Below, piece after piece: positions 22,233 to 35,449 of a stretch of DNA of 64,000 bases. Location of the stretch: the NCBI GenBank assembly GCA_044892525.1, contig CM097885.1, positions 12,650,001 to 12,714,000 on the forward strand, given 5' to 3'. The notes beneath the pieces are model-generated. The model searched no databases, was not told the DNA's origin, and saw only the letters and a program-made list of their open reading frames with translations. Source of the stretch: Schmidtea polychroa (Eukaryota). Both the position numbers and the translations under genes were made by a program. The stretch's first letter is position 1. Every line of letters begins with the position of its first letter.

Positions 22233-23807
22233 TTAATCTTGTAGATGTTGATTGATGAGATCGGGATCTGCTCCTGATTGAATATCATTATCGTCATTAT
22301 CAATGACATCAACCCCTAAATAATGACCATATGCAAAACTAGAGTTTTTCTCTACCCAAGCTCTTTTATCATCATGATTAGTTAAAGCAATCTTTGAGTT
22401 TTAAAAGGTAAAAAGCTGATGATTTCGGGTTCCTATTCTAGTCTGAGGTACAGAAATAACTGTGTTGTTGTTGTAACAGTCTAAATAGGATTGATGTTTT
22501 ATATCTGTACCTGGTAATTTTACGCCCTTAGCTCTCATAGTAGATTTATTTCCTAAAAGACTGTAGCACTTTGGTCGCAAGAAAACCCACTCACTATATC
22601 CTACACCCTTACTCTCATCCTTAAACTTTCCTATAACTGAGTCGAGTCTCTTAGAATATAAAGGATGAGAGGAATCATAATTTGAGGTGTCTAACAAGTC
22701 ATCCGAAATCATCGCTGGCAAAAGAACGTCAAGCTTTACATTTTTGACCTCTAAGAAGAAACTATCGGTATCACCCGCAACTATATTTATATCACAGTTA
22801 AACTGACTCCTATATTTTGCTAATTCTATGTACTGTAATTGATACATCCTTAGTTTGGATAAATCCAGCACTGATTGTCCGATGTAGCTGGGTCTATCCA
22901 AACATATAGACTCCTTATTGAGATGTACACCAAAAAGATCATCATCAATTTTGATGGTTTTTCTAAATGATGGTTTTGATGAATATGTAATTAATTTTTC
23001 CGCGGAATTACATAGTCGTAAATTTAATCTCTTCTTAAGGTTTTCAACGGATTTACCGTACAAGCTATTATTATACAATTTGAATAAATCTCTGTACAGT
23101 TCACTGCTTGCTTCAGCTCTTAGCTGTGTATTTTTATTTATATAATTTTTAAAAATCGGTGCTTGCTTGAATTTTATAGCCCTATGGATGTGTACAACTT
23201 TGGCACCAAGAGACAAATAAAGCTTGAGAAGCCTCCAATGAAGAACATGGTTCTTCTTTGGCCAATGCGTGAGCATCAACTTCTCAACTTTCGAACCAGG
23301 CGGGCACATTTTCTCAGGAACAAGAGGAAAGTCATTTAGAAAATCATGAAAAATTTCTGGAACATCTATATCCACTTCTATGGTATAACCATAGGGAAGG
23401 ATTTCAATGTCAGCATTCATGCACTCAAGCAATACATCATTCAATTCATCATACACCCAAGTGAAATCAGCAAAAGGAAGATTTTGGCTAAGATCCCAAC
23501 CATACAGATTATTTATATCAATATATAATAATTCTGTATTATCAGAAGCAGCAACGTAATGTTTGTTAACAAATGTTAACCCACCACGTATTCCTCCTTC
23601 GTAAAAATTGAACATTTCCATGTCCTGTAAAAGTTCTATAGGCTCAGTTAATGTCATAAGCGCTGAGGCCCATGACATACCCGGAATACCATAAAAGTTT
23701 AGAGGTTCTAGACCATTGTATGCAATGGCCTTGGCACGGAATTGTTGGAAATAGTCCGCAAGGAGGAATACATCCAATTTTTGATAAGTTAACATATAGT
23801 CAGCCAA
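22233..23807 (-). pseudogene. C-terminal half of Polinton protein-primed family B DNA polymerase (5'-truncated, in-frame TAA at 22401)
   Basis: YIDINNLYG, KLYNNSLYGKS, GDTDS, LRPKCYS; frame continues past the stop (NSKIALTNHDDKR) to TAA at 22233. Confidence 0.93.
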
Positions 23808-23898
23808 TTTAGTACAACTTCATCATTATACGACACAGATATTTTGAGTTGAAGAATCATTCACCTTCGCTGACGAATTATATATTGATAAACTTGAT

Positions 23899-24372
23899 GT
23901 GTTACTTAAATATTTAAAGTACAATTGTTCACACATATTTAAAAGTTTGGACATTGTGAAAGATTTGTTATTTACATTCAGTTTGAATGATGATATGTGC
24001 GAAGTTACATTTGATAAAAATTTTACAATTACACTTAGATTAGAGAAGCAGCAATATCGTGAAAAATCGGCTGGTATACGTAAACCAAGAATACTTGAAC
24101 ATCATCAACAAATGTTCATATATACTAATATTATTGAGCCTATAATAGTTGGTGATTCCAGTGTTCCTCTATTGAAATCGGTATGGATTGGAAAATACGA
24201 ACATGATGAAGTTATCAATATAAATATAGATAATCCTATGTATTTACCAATTTCAAGAACATGTATAAACAATATAGAAATAAATATTCGTGACGATAGT
24301 GGAAAACTTATAAACTTCCCAAAAGACTCAAAAACTCATTTGACACTACATTTTCGTAAAGTAGATGGCTAA
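23899..24372 (+). pseudogene. Polinton minor capsid (penton-like) protein, 5'-truncated
   Basis: MFIYTNIIEPIIVGDSSVPLLK...NPMYLPI...NIEINIRDDSGKLINF...LTLHFR. Confidence 0.8.
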
Positions 24373-24727
24373 TTCCGATATTATTAGTATGTATAGTGAT
24401 AGCCAATCTGGCGGTGAATTACCATTTTTTATTGGTAAACAGTACGGATCAGGTTGGTTAAAAACAAAAGGGAGATTTGCACTTCCTATTCTTAAACGTA
24501 TTGGTAGTTTTGGCATGAAAACTGCTAAAGATGTGATTATGAATGAACAGAAAATATTACCATCCCTAAAAACAAATGCTTTAGCTGAGTTAGGGAAGGT
24601 TCTACCTGGAGTTGCTGGAATGTTTCAAAAAGATACGCCTCCAGCCCCAGCTCCAAAACGTAAAGGACATGGAATATCGCGTATAAACAAACGAATGAAA
24701 GGACATGGAACTATATTTGCAAAATGA
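24365..24727 (+). CDS. Small basic Polinton protein (putative core / membrane-active precursor)
   Basis: QSGG and QYGSG followed by an amphipathic helix RFALPILKRIG; overlaps both capsid genes. Confidence 0.7.
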   Translation: MANSDIISMYSDSQSGGELPFFIGKQYGSGWLKTKGRFALPILKRIGSFGMKTAKDVIMNEQKILPSLKTNALAELGKVLPGVAGMFQKDTPPAPAPKRKGHGISRINKRMKGHGTIFAK

Positions 24728-25947
24728 TTTGTGGTAAATCCGAATTATGTATATTTGATAGACCATCGCCTCAAGCGGTAATCGAATTTGGGGCCTTTGA
24801 GGAAGTTTTTCCTATGAATTCAATTACTGGTAGTAGAAATGATATCGAGTTTTATATTAATGGTTCGCAAACTGAATATTTAGATTTGAACGATACGTTA
24901 TTGACTGTTCAGATCAAAGTTGTAGATAAAGATAGAAAAGTTTTGGATGCCAATGCGGATGTATTACCAAACAATTTCATGTTTCATACTCTTTGTAAAG
25001 ATGCAGTGTTGGGATTTAATAATATCAAGATTGAGGGCGGAAATAATACATTCATTCACAATTCTTTGATAGAAACTATTTTAAATTAAAATTCCGATAC
25101 TAAAAATACCTGTCTTACACCTATGGGTTATGCAGCAGCAGATGATGAAAGAAAAAAGTGGGTTAAAGGTTCAAAAGTATTCACTATGTGCTCATCATTA
25201 CAATTTGATTTTATGGATCAACCGAAATATTTACTACCGGGAGTTAATGTACATATTAGATTGAAAAGGTCCGATTTTGCATTATCTCTTACTAGTGCAA
25301 CTGGTGCACCAATATGTCAATTAGTTGATGCAAAATTATTGATGAGAAGAGTTCGAGTAGACCCGTCAGTATTAGCTGGTCATCAATTGGGTCTTAATTC
25401 AAAACATGCAATTTATCCTTTAAAAACAAAGGAAATTGTACAATTTGCTATTGCTAAAGGTGCTTCATCATTCTATAAAGAACAAATATTTGGTGACAGA
25501 AGAATGCCTAATTTTATTCTGGTAACATTTCAAAGTGAAACGCAATATAATGGGTCTTATACTGCTTCCAGCTCAATTTTCAAAAACTTTGGTGTTACTT
25601 CATTGACTTTGTCAAAAAATACTGATTATAGAGAAACATATATTCAAGATTTCGAGAATGACAATTACTGTGCGACATATATGCAGAATATTGTTAGAAA
25701 TCTTGGTTATTTAGATAAAAACTTGAATTGTGGAATAACTCTAGAAGAATTTAAAAGCAAATACCCATTTTTTACATTTGTTTTAGCTCCCGATTTTGAT
25801 TTAAATCAGAGTCAATTACCACAAAACGGGAATTTACGACTGGATATAAAGTTTGCAAAAGCCATTACTGATCCTGTGCATGTTTTAATATATGGAGTAT
25901 TTGAAAATGAAGTTCAAATTACTGCAAATAGAACCGTGCTAGTATAA
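24724..25947 (+). pseudogene. Polinton major capsid protein (double jelly-roll), in-frame TAA at 25087
   Basis: CGKSELCIF, YLDLNDTLL, QPKYLLPGVNVHIRLKRS, GNLRLDIKFAK; ORFs 24724 and 25123 in the same frame. Confidence 0.88.
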
Positions 25948-26052
25948 ATGTATACAGAAATATAGAAAGTTGTCATGGAGTAAGTTTTTTTTTGATACTG
26001 TTTAATTTATTAAAGTAGTTCTGTTCAGGTCAATAGAATTGGAAAACAGATA

Positions 26053-26361
26053 TTGGGAAATGAATTTGTAGGAGTTTTTCCTCTTGATAAAATCCCATAT
26101 TTGAGCAATAATCAAGCCATAATCGTCAATACTCAATCGTCTCATCTTGGTGGAGAACATTGGATTGCTATATATATGAAATCTAGTAATATATTTGTGT
26201 TCGATCCAATGGGTTTCTATTACCCTGCTTTGTTGGTCTCAAAACTACAAACAATGGGGAAACCTATTGTATATAATAAAACTATGTTTCAAAATCCATT
26301 GACACAAACATGCGGTCAACATTGTTTAGCTTGGTTGTTGTATAAAAAATTTGATGTTTAA
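26053..26361 (+). CDS. Adenain-type cysteine protease (5' end uncertain)
   Basis: VNTQSS..GGEHWIAIY, FDPMG, FQNPLTQTCGQHC (His-Asp-Gln-Cys). Confidence 0.9.
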   Translation: MGNEFVGVFPLDKIPYLSNNQAIIVNTQSSHLGGEHWIAIYMKSSNIFVFDPMGFYYPALLVSKLQTMGKPIVYNKTMFQNPLTQTCGQHCLAWLLYKKFDV

Positions 26362-26384
26362 TAAATGTATTTTGTATCCTTTGT

Positions 26385-26412
26385 TGTTATTATTATTTTA
26401 ATTATTATTGTA

Positions 26413-26445
<33 letters not shown>

Positions 26446-26487
26446 ATTATTACTATTATTATTATTAATAATATTATTATTAATATT

Positions 26488-26556
<69 letters not shown>

Positions 26557-26634
26557 ATTAATATTAGTATTATTATTATTATTATTATTAATATTATTAC
26601 TATTATTATTATTAATAATATTATTATTAATATT

Positions 26635-26665
<31 letters not shown>

Positions 26666-26700
26666 TTATTATTAATATTATTATTAATATTATTATTTTT
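26385..26700. repeat. Compound (ATT)n microsatellite with higher-order duplication
   Basis: Direct reading. Confidence 0.9.
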
Positions 26701-26819
26701 AATTAAATTTATTTTGAAAAATATTATTATCCAAATAAAGACAACACATTCATTGAGCATGCACAGCACAAAGTCGTGACTAACAAAGATAGTCAATCCT
26801 ATGAAGTAGATACCATATG

Positions 26820-26911
26820 ATTGGCTGATAGAGGAAAAATATTCAGTTTATATGGGAATGTGTCTAAATTCTGATTGGTTGAGACAGGGAAATATTCCTG
26901 ATCTATATAAA
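26820..26911 (+). promoter_or_regulatory. Putative Pol II promoter: two inverted CCAAT boxes and a TATA box
   Basis: ATTGG at 26820 and 26874, TATATAAA at 26904, ATG at 26979. Confidence 0.55.
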
Positions 26912-26978
26912 CATTCACAAATTCCAAATTCATCACAATTATTCTTAAATTTTACAAATAACGAAATTTAAAATTAAA

Positions 26979-27596
26979 ATGGACGGAGAATTAACAAATA
27001 TTTTGAATGCCATGTTGATGGGCGAAAATGGTAATTTATTTTTATTTTTAATATTATTATATATCTTTTAGATAATTTATGGTACGAAGTTACTGAATTT
27101 GAAAATAATATGGACGATGCTCCGATAATTATCATTAGTGATGATGATGGTAAATAAATTTAATTATTTGTTAAATTATTTAACAAAACATTTAGATTAT
27201 TGTGAAATTGTTATGGCGAATGAAGGTGGTCCAATTATTATTAGTGATGACGGTAAATTATTTTATTTAATTGTTAAATTATTTAACAAAACATTTAGAT
27301 GAAAACATTCATATAAATGATGAAAATGTTGCCATAGAGGAAAATGTTGCCATAGAGGAAAATGATGCCCCAGAAATTGTTATGTCGACTGAAGATTGCC
27401 AAATTATTATTAGTGATGATGGTAAATTATTTTATTTAATTAATTGTTAAATTATTTAACAAAACATTTAGATGAAAACATTCATATAAGTGATGAAAAT
27501 GTCGTTACAAAGAAAAATGATGCCACTACTGCTATTGGAGAGGATTCAGATGATGATTCCGATGATTCTGATTCCGATATGGAATCAAAATGTTAG
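26979..27596 (+). CDS. Five-exon acidic protein (144 aa) with repeated SUMO-interacting-motif-like IIISDDD; may be the spliced N-terminus of pPolB
   Basis: Exons 26979-27030, 27072-27149, 27196-27252, 27299-27421, 27472-27596; four GT-AG phase-1 introns of 41-50 nt give an open frame. Confidence 0.75.
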
Positions 27597-27944
27597 TTTT
27601 ATTTATTTTTAAAGTATATTTTAAAGTAAATTTTCAATTATTTTAAATATTTAATTATTTTCTTAACAACTTAATAATTTCTTTAAAATAATATGGAAAT
27701 TGAAGCTTAAAATGTTTATGAAGATATTATGAAATATTATGAAATGGAAAATATTATGAAATGCTTCTGAAGATAAAATGTTTATGAAACTGATCCGGAA
27801 ATAAACTACATTTCTTCTCATATAATAATAATGCTTAAATTGTTCCTGAAATTATTAAGTTGTTAAGAAAATAAACTACATCTCTTCTCCCATTTAATCC
27901 CATTTAATATAATAATTTATTAGGTATTAATTGCCCTCTTTAAA

Positions 27945-28203
27945 TGTAGTCTGCATCGAGCATGCAGCTACATCAAACAATTTATTTATTTATTAGGTAA
28001 TAATTACCCTCTTTAAATGTAGTCTGCATCGAGCATGCAGCTACATCAAACAATTTATATATTTATTATGTAATAATTGCCCTCTTTAAATGTAGTCTGC
28101 GTCGAACATGCAGCTACATCAATCAATTTAATACTTATTGTGTAATAATTACCCTTTATTAAATTTAGTCTGCAGTGAGCATGCAGCTACATCAATAATA
28201 ATG

Positions 28204-28296
<93 letters not shown>

Positions 28297-28431
28297 TTTT
28301 TATTCCATACATATACTCTCTTTATAATAATAATATTATTTTAATATTTTAATATGTTTAGTTTGCAGTTAGCATGCAACTAAAGACTCTTATTATATAA
28401 ACATGTAGGTTACAGTGAGCATGTAACTACA
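27945..28431. repeat. Array of six 28-bp imperfect palindromes (first four at 73-bp period), interrupted by (AAT)n
   Basis: TGTAGTCTGCATCGAGCATGCAGCTACA-like units at 27945, 28018, 28091, 28164, ~28357, 28404. Confidence 0.85.
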
Positions 28432-28436
28432 GAAAC

Positions 28437-28467
<31 letters not shown>

Positions 28468-30245
28468 TCCCTATTATAGTTTACAAGACTTTATTTTTAT
28501 TTTACAATTATTAATATTTATTTCATTTTTATAATGTTTTTAAATGAAACATATATCAATAATTGTAAAATCCTTATAAGAACTAAATGATAATTGCGTA
28601 AAAGAAATATAAATGTTATATAAATACAATTTCATGACTAATATTAATTTATAAATATATTTAACAGGCAAATTTTATCCACATTACTGCCAGGCTTCAA
28701 CTGGTATTTCAAAATTATGTCACAAAGTGATGAAAAAATATTATGGTCTTAAATTTTATGGCATCAAGTATTATATATGCCCAATATGCGAGACCTCCCA
28801 TAGCATTAAATATTTAGAGTTTTACAGTAGAAATAAATCCCATTTAAATCAGTTCTCTTTAAATAAAAAGGATTTATTTAACAAACTGCAAAATACCTCA
28901 AAACCTGTAAATAATACAAAACATAAGAAACTTGTAAATAATATTACAAAACCTGTAAAACCTGTAAATAATATTACAAAACCTGTAAATAATATTACAA
29001 ATCCTGTAATTAAAACTAATGTAAATAATACAAAACATTTAAAACCTGTAAATAATATTACAAAACCTATAATTAATAATAATGTTATTAATGTAAATAA
29101 TAATATAAATAATTTAAAAAGACCTGCTGTTAGTATTGGGTCTGATGCTCCCTCTAAAATTAATAAATTAGATCAAATAACTGACAATGATGTGGTTAAT
29201 AATATTCAAGTAGGCGGTTCAGTCGATATTGACGATGAACCTGAAATCGAAATTAATTTTAAGGGGGTTCGAAAGAATCTACGATTTAATGTAGAGAAAG
29301 ATAACATCATTCAAATAGCTATAACAGATAAAATTGTTAATAAGTTAAATCATGAAATAATCGGAATGGGGTTGGTGAAAATACAATTCACCGTATTGAT
29401 TCAATTTGAAAAAGATGGTGAAATTAAAGATAATTTCTTCTCGAATAGGGCAGAGGCTATTTCAGAGAGTTTTCTAAGTGAGGGGGTTCACAAATTAAAT
29501 AATAAAATAGAAAAATTCACATATTTAGGTAGTGGATGGCGGGTTGTTAGAATCAAAGAAATAGATTTTATATTAACAAAATTTACGCATATGAATAGGC
29601 TAGCTGGACATAGTTACATCCCCACACCATATGCTTTAAAATCTAAAAATGCAATAGTAAACGTAAATAGTAAATTTTGACCCCATTTCCGACTGTCCAA
29701 TGAAATTATGTGATATTCCTAAATTCGAGATGAAAAATAAGGATTTAAATTTAGCAATAAATGTTTTAACTTATAGAACGACCTCAGCTAAGCCTTTTGA
29801 AAATATAGTTGACGATAATTATATTCCACATCATCCCAAATTGGATATAATTCACCGATCAAAGGTTATAGGTGGTGAACCCTTATACTTACTTTTATTG
29901 GAAGATGGTGATAATTTTCATTACACCGCAGTTTTTAACTTACAAAGATTAATGAATTGTCACTCTAACAGTGACTGCGGTGTTAGAATTAAAGTGAACT
30001 GGTGCCCCCATTGTCTTAACGGATTTAGACATAAAAATGCATTTGATATTCACGCTGCCTTATGCATTAAAAACCAGATAGGGACAACTCTATACACACT
30101 ACCTAAAGATAAAAACCTTACATTTAGTAATTTCGCCAAAACCATAACTCCGCCATTCGTGATATATGCAGACTTTGAATCAATTTTACCGGGGGATATA
30201 AAACACCATCAAAAGCATTTGCCAATAACAGCAGGTTTATTATTA

Positions 30246-32610
30246 CCGTATTTTAGCGGATATAGCGCACCCCCGCGTATAACGCGTATCCCTGTATACC
30301 GCGCGGATTTTATTGTATGTGTAAATACAAATTTGTATAACGCGCCCTGGCCTATAGCGCGCACCTACCTGATGCTGGAAAATTTCCAAAAATGTGGTTT
30401 AGTATACTTATTAATTATTCTCCATAAATTTTATTTGTAAAATAATTCATAATCTCAATATTAAACAGCGTTACATTCCGTGTTTGTTTATTGTTGCTGT
30501 TTGCATCACGTATTATTAATCACGAGACTCCGCGACAAAACAAGCCGAGTCATAAATTTAAAGTTCAGCGATGTAACAAACCACGTGTGAAATTCGTTTA
30601 ATTTTATTGGCTGGGTTGTCGGCGTGTGATGACGTCGTCAGCCTGATAAATTGCCACGTGGTTAGATCCGTTTAAAACTATTGGTCTTACTCCAACGGCT
30701 GACAAAATAAAACAACGAATTCTCTGTTCTCATAGCACAATATAAACTCATGATATTTTAAAACCCATCATAAATTATTCGATATGCCTAAAAGAAAGTC
30801 TTACACAGCTGATTTTAAGCTTCAGGTGATTAAGTATGCGAAGGAGAAGGGAAATAGAGCGGTGGGTCCGGAGTTTGGTGTTGGTGAGAAGTCGGTTCGA
30901 GAGTGGAGGAAGGACGAGACAGAGCTGGAAAGTATGAATCCGAGAAAAAGAGCAAGGCGTGGCGGCAAGGCGAGATGGCCACATCTGGAGGCGAATTTGG
31001 TGAAGTGGATTTTGGCTCAGAGAGAGAATAATCGAGCTGTATCGACGGTGGCAATTAAGGCAAAAGCAAGATTGTTGGCCGTTGAAATGAAGTTAGATGA
31101 TTTCGTACAATTGGGTTTACAAATTTATGCGGCGCAATAATTTGTCGATGCGTGCTCGAACAACAGTCGGCCAGCGACTTCCGGATGATTGGGAAAAGAA
31201 GTTGGATGATTTCAGAGAATTTGTTCATAAGGAAATCAGCCAACACGATCTCTCACCAAATGACGTCATCAACATGGACGAAGTGCCCATGGTCTTTGAT
31301 ATCCCTCCAACGCGATCAGTTGCTGAAGTCGGGGTTAAGACGGTCGCTGTTGCTACGACAGGACATGAAAGAACTTCGTTTACCGTCGTCTTAGCCTGCA
31401 CCGCTGGAGGCCAGAAACTCAAGCCAATGCTTATCTTCAAACGTGCGACAATGCCACGTGAACAGCTTCCAAGTGGTGTTGTCGTTACATGCAATAAAAA
31501 GGGTTGGATGAACACGGACGTCATGGGGATCTGGACAGACAAATGCTTCCGCACCAGGCAAGGCGGATTTTTCAAAAAGAAATCTCTCCTTGTTTTTGAT
31601 GCCATGACAGCTCACAAAGAGTCATCTGTTCAAAAGAAGATAAACGCAGCGGGCGCCCATATCGCCGTCATCCCGGGTGGCCTCACTTGCAAGCTTCAGC
31701 CACTGGATGTCGCTGTAAATCGACCATTCAAGACGTTTGTTCGTGAGGAGTGGGACAAGTGGATTTCAAGTGGGTCCCACACATACACACCAGCTGGTAG
31801 ACAACGCCGTGCCACATACGTTGAAGTATGCAAGTGGGTCATAACTGCATGGGAGAAAGTGAAGGTGACAACAATCACAAATGGATTCAAGAAGTGTGGA
31901 ATTATGCCCAGTAACGTTCCCGATGTTAGCGCCGATGACTCGACAGATGGAGAGGGAGACAGTGAAGCATCAAAAGCAGAGGGAAATGATGTGGCAATCG
32001 AGGAAGAGCGCCTACAGCGAGTCATGGACATGTTTCAGGCCAGTTCAGATGACGAGACCTTTGAAGGTTTCCAGGAGAGTGATGGCGAAGAAGAGCTTGA
32101 GGATGGCGGAGATTAAAACAGCAACAAGTTACTGAAATGACATGTGGGATCAAAAATAAATAAAAAAACATCGAAGTTTTATTTATTATATCTATAAAAA
32201 AAATTTAATATAAGATAACGTGAACATTAAAATTTATAATTTCTTTATTTCTATTTGTTTTCCTGACGTGTCAATACGAACAATGCAACTCCGGCTGGCG
32301 CCATTCGATCCATATTAAACACAAACTCGGTATCTGAAACATTGCTACATAACAGAAATAAATAGCAAATTATTATTTAATATTATAAAAATAAAATAAT
32401 TTGTTTAACTAAAAGTAAATCTGGTTGCAATCAAACGTAACATTAAAACCGATGGTAGGGTTACTGTCACATCATAAAAGTATTTCCACTGGCAATGCCG
32501 CCACGTGTAAAATATAAATCATAAAGCGCGCACCCACAGATACCGCGCATGGGGGGTGCGCGGTTTGTAAAAATGCGTATAACGCGCGCGTTATATGCGC
32601 TAAAATACGG
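30246..32610 (+). mobile_element. pogo-superfamily DNA transposon (2365 bp) with TIRs and TA TSD
   Basis: TA|CCGTATTTTAGCG...CGCTAAAATACGG|TA; removing it restores the pPolB frame (AGLLL|INNYNNSKFYYEFVG). Confidence 0.95.
30784..32116 (+). pseudogene. pogo transposase (Brinker-like HTH, CENP-B HTH, DDE_1), one frameshift near 31100
   Basis: RKSYTADFKLQVI; WVYKFMRRNNLSMR; NMDEVP, KGWMN, LLVFD, LQPLDV.VN.PFK. Confidence 0.93.
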
Positions 32611-35449
32611 TAATAAATAATTATAATAATAGTAAATTTTATTATGAGTTTGTTGGGGATGATTGCATCTTATCTTTCTTGCGTAAGGTGGAGGAAATTG
32701 CTATGACAATTGTCCTGCCATATTAGGAAATTAATGGGAAAAAGCCCATGCAAACCTTGTCTTTCGCTAAAGAGCGGGCCTTTCGTGATTCCAGAACTGT
32801 TATCTTTGTAAAAAAATTATTAGAAATAGAGTTAGGGATCATTGCCACTTCTCAGGTAAGTATTTAGGTGCTGCTTGTAGGAACTGTAATGTGTCTCGGC
32901 GAATTCAGAGACAGTTACCTGTGGTTTTTCACAATTTGAGGGGGTATGATCTTCATCATATTTTGAAGTATGGGCTAAATAATTTTCCTTCTTGGGAATT
33001 AAATATTATTCCGACCACTACCGAGAAATTCATCTCCCTCATCGTGTATATTAACAAACTACATGTTCGTTTTATTGACAGCATGCAGTTTGTTAATTCA
33101 TCTTTAGCAAAAGCGGTTAAGACTCTTTCCGATCTGCCTTTAACTTCTTCTGTTTTCGATGGCGCAATTGTTCGAGCCAAAGGTATCTTTCCTTATGACT
33201 TTGCCACATTTCTTGAGGTTCTTGAATCGACTCTTGAACTACCTCCGATCTGGGATTCTGTGTCTAATGATGAATATGCATTAGCCCAAGTTATTTGGAC
33301 TCAGCAAAATTGCAACAATATGTTAGATTACATGTTAACTTACCTGAAGTTAGACGTGTTTCTCCTCGCAGATTATTTTGCTTACAATGGTCTGGAGCCT
33401 CTTAATTTCTATGGAATTCCCGGTATGTCATGGGCCTCTGCGCTTATGACATTAACGGAATCCATTGAACTTTTGCAGGACATGGAAATGTTTAATTTCT
33501 ATGAAGAAGGGATACGGGGTGGGTTAACATTTGTTAACAAACATTATGTTGTAAGTTCTGAAGACACAGAACTCTTGTACATTGATATCAACAACTTGTA
33601 TAGTTGGGCTTTAAGCCAAAATCTGCCTTATGCAAACTTTGTTTGTGTGTATGAGAATTTTGATGGTGTGCTGAATGAATGCATGAATTCTGATATAGAT
33701 AACCTTCCATATGGTTATACTATGGAGGTATCGATATCCCTCAGTGTGTGCATGACTTTCTGAATGATTTTCCGCTTGCTCCGGAAAAGATGTGCCCGCC
33801 AAATTCGAAAGTTGAGAAGCTGATGCTCACGCATTGGCCAAAGAAGAACCATGTTCTTCATTGGAGGCTTCTCAAGTTGTATATCGAATTGGGGGCTATT
33901 ATTAAAAATGTACATAGGGCAATTAAATTTACGCATGCACCTATTTTTAAACAGTATATACATAAAAATACACAATTAAGAGCCAATTTCACGTGCGAGC
34001 TGTATAGAGATTTGTATAAACTATTTAATAACAGTCTGTATGGGAAATCCGTAGAAAACCTTAAAAAACGGATGAATTTGAATTCATCTGAAAAGATGAT
34101 TGTATATGCGTCAAAGCCGACTTTCAAGAAATCTATCAAAATTGATGATGACTTGATTGATGCTCATCTCAATAAGGATTCTATATGTTTAGACAGGCCT
34201 AGCTACATTGGCCAAACGGTGCTAGACCTGTCTAAACTGAGGATGTACCAGTTACAGTATATAGAATTGGCTAAATATAGAAATGAATTTAAATATGAGA
34301 TAAATTTCGTTGCCGGCGATACTGACTCCTTTTTTCTTGAGGTTAGGCACTCTCTTTTGCCGGCAATGATTCGTGACAATCTTTTAGACACTTCCAACTA
34401 TGACCCTGCACATCCCTTATACTCTAGAAACCTTGATTCTGTGATAGGTAAATTTAAAGATGAAAGTAAAGGTCTAGGGTATAAGGAATGGGTTTTCTTA
34501 AGACCCAAGTGCTATAGTTTGTTAGGGGCTAAAGATCATTTAAAAGCAAAAGGAGTCAGGTTAATAGGTACAGAAATTGGGCACGATTCATATTTAGAAT
34601 GCTACAATAACAACGTAGTATTTTCTGTGCCACAAAGTAAGATAGGGACGCGGAACCACCAATTGTACACATTCAAAAACAATAAAATCGCGTTGTCAAA
34701 CAACGACGACTAGCGGTTTTGGGTGAGGAAAAATTCCAGTCTCGCATTTAGTCATTATTTAGCACTAGATGACATAAATGATGATCAAATATTTGAAGAA
34801 GTTGGGCCACTATTCGGAGGATTAAGTCCAGATTTTGTTTCTGGTGATGAGGAAGTGGGTCCACTTTTCAATGGTTTAAGTCCAGATTTCGATTCTGGTG
34901 ATGATCCTAATGATGATGATGAAATAGATATAGATGATATTTTATTGTCAGACTAAACTGTGATATATGTTAATATATCGTTTTATTTTGAAAATCATTT
35001 CTTCTACATTGTTTTATTATCTAAAATTTTTATTGAAAACTCGTTATAGTTTTCACAATTCTTACAATTGTTAAACACTTGTATAAATATATTTATTAAT
35101 ATTGTTAAAGTTTTTATAAATCATGTAAGTGTTTAACTATTGAAAGAATTTGGTAGAAATATTTATTTGAAATGAATGTTGTAGTGAGCATACAACTACA
35201 TATATGAGTTGACAATATTAAAAAAAAAATAAGAACTATAAACTTGTATTTAAACTTGTAACAGAAAAAAAAATTTAGTTTGAGTATATATATATAGTAT
35301 AATATTTAGAATTTCTTTGTTAAAGTTTTGCCTTGAATATTTTTAGTAGTAACTTTGTGAACAGTACCCATGTGACTTGTTGAGCGTGACCAGTACCCAT
35401 GTGTGCAGTACCCATAGGGGGACAGAATATCTTGTCGGATAAACTCGGA

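Larger units (their letters stand above)
28727..34956 (+). pseudogene. Polinton pPolB, disrupted by frameshifts, stops, deletion and a pogo insertion
   Basis: GSGW, IYADFES, RDHCH, VVFHNLRGYD, FIDS, KGIFPY, YIDINNLY, NNSLYGKS, GDTDS across ORFs 28727, 29700, 32891, 33748, 34723. Confidence 0.92.

Noticed and set aside
27945..28431. CRISPR-like appearance (28-bp palindromic repeats at regular spacing)
   Set aside because: Spacers are similar to one another, no cas genes, eukaryotic context; it is a tandem repeat
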